Below are positions 57,607 to 64,000 of a stretch of DNA of 64,000 bases, in pieces. The position numbers were made by a program, and so were the translations under genes. Source of the stretch: Thermoprotei archaeon (lineage in GTDB: Archaea > Thermoproteota > Thermoprotei > Thermoproteales > B15-G16); the NCBI GenBank assembly GCA_003649205.1, contig QMRC01000005.1, positions 1 through 64,000 of the forward strand, read 5' to 3'. The notes under the pieces were generated by a model, which made no database searches, was not told the DNA's origin, and was given only the letters and a program-made list of their open reading frames with translations. Numbering within the stretch: position 1 is the stretch's first letter; each line of letters begins with the position of its first letter.

Positions 57607-58527
57607 CTATCTCCTTAATAAACTTCTCAACTCACAGACCTTACATACATCACCTGAAGTAGGTTCACCACAGTACTTACACGTCGATAACCTATACTCT
57701 CTGTATAGCTCTCTTAGAGCATACGTAATGAAATGTTTTGCTGCAAGTAATCTCCACTTTGTACCGGGTCTCGTTATCTCGAGCTTGTTCACCATCTTCC
57801 TAATCCAGTACCTGCCTGAGTACTTAGCGTAGGGGCATTCAGGCCATGGTACGTATATTTCATTCAGCACAGCGTACATGGCTGTCTCAGCTTCAAGACA
57901 GTAGTACAGTGGTTTGATTCTAGGCACAAACTTCTCGTGGTAGAGGTACTCCGTAATTTGTCCCTCTCTGACTAAGTTAGGTAAATTACCTCGTATGAGG
58001 TTCATCAGAAATACCTGAACCTCATCATCTAGGTTATGTCCAGTAGCTACCTTCGTTGCACCGAGCTCCCTAGCTACTCTGTTAACTATGTACCTCCTGA
58101 AAACACCGCATACAGTACATGGCTTAAGTCCACGACTCATGTACTCAGCAACAACTTCATCAAAGTCAAATCCAAAGTACTCTCTAAAGCTAACGACGTG
58201 ATACTCTAGGTCCCTCTGTTCACAGAACCTCTTGAGCACCTTGATTACCTCTCCCTTTCTCCCTCTAATTCCCTCAATAACTGTGAGTGCGATTACCTTG
58301 ATGCCTAGCTCTCTGGAGTACTTACTCAGTATGTGGAGAACAGTCGTACTATCCTTACCACCTGAAACACATACTAGAACTACATCACCTCTCTTAACCA
58401 TTGAGTAATTCCGAAGGGTTGACAATACTTTCCTCTCAATATAGTTCACGAAACAGGATCTACAGAGGGCTAGCTTGCTAGGGTACCTAAACACAACATC
58501 CTTTGAACCACATAGTGTACATCGCAT
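57607..58527 (-). CDS. ttuA: tRNA 2-thiouridine synthase TtuA/Ncs6
   Basis: Zn fingers, PP-loop SGGKDS, CTVCGVFRR, TGHNLDD. Confidence 0.92.
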   Translation of the reverse strand: MRCTLCGSKDVVFRYPSKLALCRSCFVNYIERKVLSTLRNYSMVKRGDVVLVCVSGGKDSTTVLHILSKYSRELGIKVIALTVIEGIRGRKGEVIKVLKRFCEQRDLEYHVVSFREYFGFDFDEVVAEYMSRGLKPCTVCGVFRRYIVNRVARELGATKVATGHNLDDEVQVFLMNLIRGNLPNLVREGQITEYLYHEKFVPRIKPLYYCLEAETAMYAVLNEIYVPWPECPYAKYSGRYWIRKMVNKLEITRPGTKWRLLAAKHFITYALRELYREYRLSTCKYCGEPTSGDVCKVCELRSLLRR

Positions 58528-58730
58528 TACGCTCCTCTCGTTATTGGCTGTACTACTATCTCAGTCTCCTCGTTGATGGGCTCCTCCTTCGGTACTACTC
58601 TACCATTGATGAGCGTAACAACTTCAAGGGGGTTGATCCTAAGGCTGAGTAGTAGCTCAGAGATCTTGGTACCAGGACGTACATCGAGTACGTAGGTACC
58701 TCTCCTAACGTGTCTAACCACTACTCTCAT
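58527..58730 (-). CDS. MoaD/ThiS-like ubiquitin-fold sulfur carrier (TtuB-like), C-terminus RGA
   Basis: GTKISELL..INGRVV..; coupled to ttuA. Confidence 0.8.
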   Translation of the reverse strand: MRVVVRHVRRGTYVLDVRPGTKISELLLSLRINPLEVVTLINGRVVPKEEPINEETEIVVQPITRGA

Positions 58731-58764
58731 CTACTATACCCCACAGTATCTCTATGGTGATGTC

Positions 58765-59520
58765 ATGGGTTTAAGCATTGTGTTAACTCACGATGTTGAT
58801 TCAGTGAGAAAGCCAATAAGTCACGTATTGAGAGTATGGAGGAGATTTCGTACAGTTGATTTGATCAAGCACCTACTTCACCTTACGAATCTCTACAACA
58901 ATATTGAGGATCTTATGAGGATTGAGGATAGTTGTGGCGTTCGTTCTACCATTTTCTTCCCTGTATCTCTGTTCCCCATTGAGGAGGTACTGGATTCAGT
59001 ACGTATCCTACAGCGAGGAGGTTGGGAAATTGGTCTTCATGTAGTGATCGAACCGATTCAGACTGTAGCTCTAGTTCGTCAACAGTACGATCTGTTTACA
59101 TTTGTGACAGGTGTGAAACCTCTTGGTGTGAGGTCTCATTACTTAATCTTCCGTAGAGAACTGGTACCTGTCTACCGTGAGTTGGGCATAGTCTACGACT
59201 CAACATTAAGAGTTGAGGAGTCTAAGTCCTTTGACCCCTTTTCACTTGAGGACCTAATTGAGTTGCCTATTGCTGTCATGGATGCTGATCTCTTTGGTAG
59301 ATATAGACTGAGTGAAGAGGTAGCATTACGCTACATCTATAGACGTATTGAAGAGGCTAAGGATGTGGGTGCTAAGTACTTCACTATACTATTTCATCAA
59401 GAATCCCTGAGGATGAGAGGAGGAAGAATTTATTCTCGATTGGTTAAGGAGCTAAGTCAGAGATTTAGTGTTGTTCGCTGTATTGATGTAGTTAAGGAGG
59501 TTAGGGGCTATGTCAAGTGA
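58765..59520 (+). CDS. Polysaccharide deacetylase-like protein
   Basis: LTHDVD, STIFF, WEIGLH, RSHYL, YDST, ILFH. Confidence 0.85.
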   Translation: MGLSIVLTHDVDSVRKPISHVLRVWRRFRTVDLIKHLLHLTNLYNNIEDLMRIEDSCGVRSTIFFPVSLFPIEEVLDSVRILQRGGWEIGLHVVIEPIQTVALVRQQYDLFTFVTGVKPLGVRSHYLIFRRELVPVYRELGIVYDSTLRVEESKSFDPFSLEDLIELPIAVMDADLFGRYRLSEEVALRYIYRRIEEAKDVGAKYFTILFHQESLRMRGGRIYSRLVKELSQRFSVVRCIDVVKEVRGYVK

Positions 59521-60601
59521 TCGAAGGGTACGTAGGGTACTGGTTACAGGTGCTGGTGGTGTTGGTGGTGTTAATTTCGTTAGAGCACTACGTGCTTCAC
59601 CTGAGAAATTCTTTGTTGTTGGTACTGACTACAATGAGTACTACCTCTTGTTTCCTGAAGTTGATGTCAGAGTGAAGTCGCCTAGACACGATGATCCTAA
59701 GTTCATCACCTTGATCAAGTCGCTAGTTAGCGAGTACTGTATTGAGTTTATTCATCCACAACCTGAGGTAGAGGTTGAGGTACTGTCTCAGTACGTACAT
59801 GAGCTTGGAGCAAGAACTCTAATCCCTCCATCAGATACTGTTAAGGTGTGTCGTGATAAGTACCTCACATATCTCAAACTCAAGAAATGTGGTATTCCCG
59901 TACCTGAGACATACCTGGTGACTAACCTAGATGAAGTCGATAGAGTTGTCAAGGATCTCGGTGGTAGGGTTTGGGTTAGAGCCAGGAAAGGTGCTGGTGG
60001 TAGGCTAAGTCTACCTTGTACTTCAAGTACTGAGGTTAAGCTGTGGATTGAGCTGTGGAGTAGAAGAGGTATCCCCATAGAGGACTTCATAGTTCAGGAG
60101 TACCTACCAGGTAGGGATCTTGCCTGGGATAGTCTGTGGTACAACGGTGAGCTCATTATGTCATTTGTTCGTGAAAGGATTCACTACATATTCCCCCACA
60201 TATCCCCATCTAGAGTTACAGGAACACCAACAGTATCCAAGATAGTTAGGTACGATAAAGTCAATGAGATATGCGTAAGAGCGGTTAAGGCGCTCTGTGA
60301 TAAACCTCAGGGTTTCTTCTGTATTGACCTCAAGGAAGATTCAGAAGGTAATCCACGCATAACTGAAGTTAACATAAAGGCTCACACAACAGTTGGTCTC
60401 TGGTCCTTCGTAGCCTCAAGAGTACTGAAGTTACCTCCCTACTATAACATGGTCTACACGTACGTGAAGTTAGGTCTTGGGGATGAAGTTCCTCTAAGTG
60501 AGATACCGAAGTTTGACATCTACCCTGAGATAACGCTACTGAGACACATAGATTGTGGTGTTTGGATCATAAAGAATGGAGAGAAAATTAGGGTTCTATG
60601 A
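59510..60601 (+). CDS. ATP-grasp protein (CarB-like fold)
   Basis: LVTGAGG, CRDK..TY, GAGG, QEYLPG, TEVN. Confidence 0.85.
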   Translation: MSSDRRVRRVLVTGAGGVGGVNFVRALRASPEKFFVVGTDYNEYYLLFPEVDVRVKSPRHDDPKFITLIKSLVSEYCIEFIHPQPEVEVEVLSQYVHELGARTLIPPSDTVKVCRDKYLTYLKLKKCGIPVPETYLVTNLDEVDRVVKDLGGRVWVRARKGAGGRLSLPCTSSTEVKLWIELWSRRGIPIEDFIVQEYLPGRDLAWDSLWYNGELIMSFVRERIHYIFPHISPSRVTGTPTVSKIVRYDKVNEICVRAVKALCDKPQGFFCIDLKEDSEGNPRITEVNIKAHTTVGLWSFVASRVLKLPPYYNMVYTYVKLGLGDEVPLSEIPKFDIYPEITLLRHIDCGVWIIKNGEKIRVL

Positions 60602-60622
60602 ACTTGCCAAGTAGTTACGGTA

Positions 60623-61300
60623 CTACGAGACACCAAGTGCTCTATCACCAGCATCTCCTAGACCTGGAACAATGTAACCCCTCTCATCTAACTTCTCATC
60701 TATAGCAGCTGTGAAGACTTCAACTGGGTACTTTGAGAGTACCCTCTCTATAGCTAGTCTCGTTGATATCACGGTGATGAGGATACATCTCCTAGGTTTA
60801 CCACGCTTGTATACTTCCTCCAGTACTCTCAACATGGTACATCCAGTAGCGAACATTGGATCAGCAACTATAGTCACTGTATCATTTAAGTCATTTGGAA
60901 GCTTTATGTAATTCATCTCTATATCAAATACGTAGTCAGGAGCTGCAATCCCCTTCTCAACTCTACGAGCACTAACAATACCAATTCTAGCCTTTGGAAA
61001 TACCTTCAGTAGACCCTCAACAAGTGGTATTGCTGCTCGTAGAACATTGACTATAACAACTCTATCTAAATCCTTTATCTTGACCCCCTTTGCTTTTGAT
61101 AGAGGAGTCTCAATGAGTACTTCCTCAACATCGAATGTCCTCAGTACTTCATAACCTAGGTACGTACCTATCTCACTTAACTTCGTCCTAAATACTTCAG
61201 GCGGTGTATCCTTATTTCTTAATACTGTAAGTATTTCCTGCACCAGAGGGTGGATTATGATCTTTACCCTACCACCATACTCTTCCCTGAATGGAAGCAC
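60623..61300 (-). CDS. upp: Uracil phosphoribosyltransferase
   Basis: VLRAA, DPMFATG, YIVPGLGDAGDR. Confidence 0.96.
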   Translation of the reverse strand: MLPFREEYGGRVKIIIHPLVQEILTVLRNKDTPPEVFRTKLSEIGTYLGYEVLRTFDVEEVLIETPLSKAKGVKIKDLDRVVIVNVLRAAIPLVEGLLKVFPKARIGIVSARRVEKGIAAPDYVFDIEMNYIKLPNDLNDTVTIVADPMFATGCTMLRVLEEVYKRGKPRRCILITVISTRLAIERVLSKYPVEVFTAAIDEKLDERGYIVPGLGDAGDRALGVS

Positions 61301-61307
61301 AGAACCC

Positions 61308-63872
61308 TCATGTGAGTGAGATTAGGTCTTTAATTAACTTTTGCATTGTAGCTTTTACTCTACGGTACAGTATTACCGCTGTGAACACTATGACACTTAT
61401 CAATGTTATGAGAATAATCATAGCCTTGTACTCTAGCAATCTCTCGAATACACTGACCTTCTTCATCCCAACCAGGTAAGTAGCTTTAGCGAGTAGAGCA
61501 CCCGATGATTGATCTACAACTCTTACCTCTACAGTATAGCTCTCTATGGGTATTCTCGGTATTGGAATTATAACATCCTTACCAAGTGGCAGAGTTACCT
61601 CCTTAAGCACGGTCTTATATGTTGTATTACCATGAAGCAACTTCATCACCACTAATGCCTCGATGCTATTAGTTGTTGAATTTACTAATCGAATTATGAG
61701 ATTATTCTCAAACCTTTTCACCGAGACTACAGGTTGTGTACTTAATTTAGTCGATGTAGTTACCTTCGTGAAGTTAACGTAGATGTGTTCTGTACCTGGT
61801 ATTGATACATTGACTCTATATGTTGCGTATCCTCTCTTCAAGAACACCAACGTATAGTTACCAAATGGCATTAGCAACGTTAAGTGATTACCTGCTACTC
61901 CTGTCTCATATACTACCTCACCACTCTTAATTACGTAGACTCTGAAGTTCCTTACATCACTACGTATCTTCACGATGTACTTACCAATGTAGATCGGTAT
62001 AGTTACCCTCCGAAGTAGTAGAGAGTCAGTTAGTAACTCAGCAGTAATGGGTACAGTACTCTTATTCTCCACTATGGTGATCTCACTAAGCTTCTCAACA
62101 TATGGTCTATCGAGTTCCCCACTTAGAATCCTCTCAAGAATTACTCTCTCACCAACAAGTACCCTTAAGTTGATGAAGGGTACTGTAACGTTACCCGTTT
62201 TCGTAATAGAAATTACTACCCTAGTCATCGTGGTATTGATCAAGTACTTCCTAGCAGATATGTCGATGCTGTACCTCAGAATGTACGTGTATCTGAGAGG
62301 ACCTTCCAGAACTGCGACACCTGGTATAACAACCTTCAACAACTCCACTTTATTAACTCCAGGCCGTAAACTACAGGTAGCGGTGAAGTACTCGTAGAAG
62401 CGGACTACTTTACCACAGATATTAGCAACAGCATAACCTCTAGGAATGTTTACATCAACCTTTACACGAAGTGTAGTCCTATCAACATGGCACCTGAAGT
62501 AGTGCTTTACCCTCAATACGTTAAATGTCCAGGAGAAGTCACCAGAGATAAATCTCACATACTTAGCGCTAGAGATATCAGGTATATGAAATACAACCAC
62601 TGAACCTCTAACCTCGATAGGTTTGATAATGCGCTCTCCAACTTCGAGTACTACGTCACTTGTCTCACTAGTAAGGGGTTCCATATTTAATCTACAGCAA
62701 GTAAACCTCAGGTAGGTAGTGAAGTTAGTGTAAACTGTCTGTACTTCTTTAGGTACTATACGCATGAACCATTTACGTACAACATCACTAGCTGGCTTAC
62801 CCTTAAGATCATAACTCGTATCGCTAGGTGTACCTGTAGAGGGGTCAGTTGTCCAACCCCACACAAATACACCTCTAAACCATGGTCTTGGATTACCTAG
62901 AAATGCACGGAAGAGAGCTTCGAAACACATAGCTTGCTTCTCTGGATCAGGTTTACCAGAATCACTAAACTTCCAAGGCTTAATCTCAGCACCCTTAACT
63001 GATCGATATCCAACCTCTGTAAGCACGATAGGTTTCCCATATCTCCTAGCTAATTTCTCCAGATCTGACATCACATTCCTACCATGTACTGTGTGATACC
63101 AGCACTCTACAAGTTCGCTAACTGACTTAACCTCGGTTCTCGATAGCTCAAAATAAGCACTAACACCAATGAAGTCTAAGTACCTAAACCACTCAAGATC
63201 TAGTAGCTCACGAAATCCCCACTCACTATACCACCAGTTAGTGTTGTACGTAATTAACCCTGAGTACACACTCCTAACACTATCAATGATGTCAACCCAG
63301 TAACTAGCGTACTTACGGGACTTCAAGCTCTCTAGCTCAGAACCAATACAGAGCACTTCAACACCAAGCTCTTGAGCTAACTTAGCATAGTGTAGAACAG
63401 CTCTCTTGTACGATCTAAACCACTCTTCAACATCTGAAGGCTTGATAAAACCTCTCCACGTACCATCATCAACTAGGAGAAATAGTACCAGCATTACCTT
63501 GAGACCAAGGTTGTGAGCAACTTCAACCATCTTTCGAAGCCCTAGGTCTTGAGACTCATCGATCTCAACCGTACAGCTATACCTATCATACTGATGCAGA
63601 TAGACTACAAGCGCTACGTAGTTGGGACGTAGTACCTCCCTCAATTTCCTTAGCTCCTTAATAGCTTCATCACTACCATAGGGATACCTTTTGGGGAGTA
63701 GGTAGACACCAGCAAAGTACTCACTTACTTCTGAATCAATGCCTGATGCTACGTCGTACGACCATTCCTCAACTCCATCCCGAATAGCTACATCGCTGTA
63801 ACTACTGAGCACTATTCTCGTTATTGCGATTACCACTATGAGTAGTAGAAGTAGGCCAACGAGTTTACTCAC
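61308..63872 (-). CDS. Cell-surface GH113-like (clan A TIM-barrel) glycoside hydrolase with beta-sandwich stalk and C-terminal TM
   Basis: WRGFI.P..WF.SY, IGSEL, TYNTNW, GVSAYF, TEVGYRS; hydrophobic segments at both ends. Confidence 0.8.
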   Translation of the reverse strand: MSKLVGLLLLLIVVIAITRIVLSSYSDVAIRDGVEEWSYDVASGIDSEVSEYFAGVYLLPKRYPYGSDEAIKELRKLREVLRPNYVALVVYLHQYDRYSCTVEIDESQDLGLRKMVEVAHNLGLKVMLVLFLLVDDGTWRGFIKPSDVEEWFRSYKRAVLHYAKLAQELGVEVLCIGSELESLKSRKYASYWVDIIDSVRSVYSGLITYNTNWWYSEWGFRELLDLEWFRYLDFIGVSAYFELSRTEVKSVSELVECWYHTVHGRNVMSDLEKLARRYGKPIVLTEVGYRSVKGAEIKPWKFSDSGKPDPEKQAMCFEALFRAFLGNPRPWFRGVFVWGWTTDPSTGTPSDTSYDLKGKPASDVVRKWFMRIVPKEVQTVYTNFTTYLRFTCCRLNMEPLTSETSDVVLEVGERIIKPIEVRGSVVVFHIPDISSAKYVRFISGDFSWTFNVLRVKHYFRCHVDRTTLRVKVDVNIPRGYAVANICGKVVRFYEYFTATCSLRPGVNKVELLKVVIPGVAVLEGPLRYTYILRYSIDISARKYLINTTMTRVVISITKTGNVTVPFINLRVLVGERVILERILSGELDRPYVEKLSEITIVENKSTVPITAELLTDSLLLRRVTIPIYIGKYIVKIRSDVRNFRVYVIKSGEVVYETGVAGNHLTLLMPFGNYTLVFLKRGYATYRVNVSIPGTEHIYVNFTKVTTSTKLSTQPVVSVKRFENNLIIRLVNSTTNSIEALVVMKLLHGNTTYKTVLKEVTLPLGKDVIIPIPRIPIESYTVEVRVVDQSSGALLAKATYLVGMKKVSVFERLLEYKAMIILITLISVIVFTAVILYRRVKATMQKLIKDLISLT

Positions 63873-64000
63873 ATGGTGATGTGCATTTGTTAAATTGTTA
63901 AAAGTTACTTTACGATCTATGTCTAGAGGTTGGTGATGTAGATGGTTGCTCTAGATCTAGCATTTACAGTAATCCTATCCCTACTAGCTCTCTACAGTGC

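Noticed and set aside
57515-57832. 105-aa + strand ORF
   Set aside because: Overlaps two sRNA genes and is antisense to ttuA
1-64000. CRISPR array, cas genes, IS transposases, replication origin
   Set aside because: No regularly spaced repeats, transposase ORFs, cdc6/orc1 gene or ORB boxes seen by eye

Overview
Chromosomal window from an archaeon, most likely a (hyper)thermophilic Thermoprotei crenarchaeon. This is inferred from the GC-rich 23S rRNA with no 5S gene following it, archaeal rpl12, TIP49, PaREP-type proteins, a tRNA-splicing endonuclease subunit and separate hps/phi genes. The window opens with the 3' end of the 23S rRNA and is otherwise densely coding: transport, sugar metabolism, proteases, tRNA thiolation and several toxin-antitoxin pairs. 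Main points beyond the ORF track: (1) about 14 box C/D guide sRNA genes. One has both guides complementary to the 23S fragment in this window, and two form an exactly abutting tail-to-tail pair. (2) A ~3 kb integrase-less island at tRNA-Asn, bounded by a 53-bp direct repeat. It carries a Panacea/YwgA-like antitoxin plus a PIN toxin with an inserted zinc ribbon, and a PD-(D/E)XK nuclease gene that appears broken at a G6 tract. (3) A tight XPD-like helicase / membrane HerA-like ATPase / coiled-coil operon. (4) An ABC-type ATPase + PD-(D/E)XK nuclease candidate defence pair. (5) A sawtooth A/T strand skew that does not follow gene strand. All family calls come from motif recognition by eye; no searches were run.
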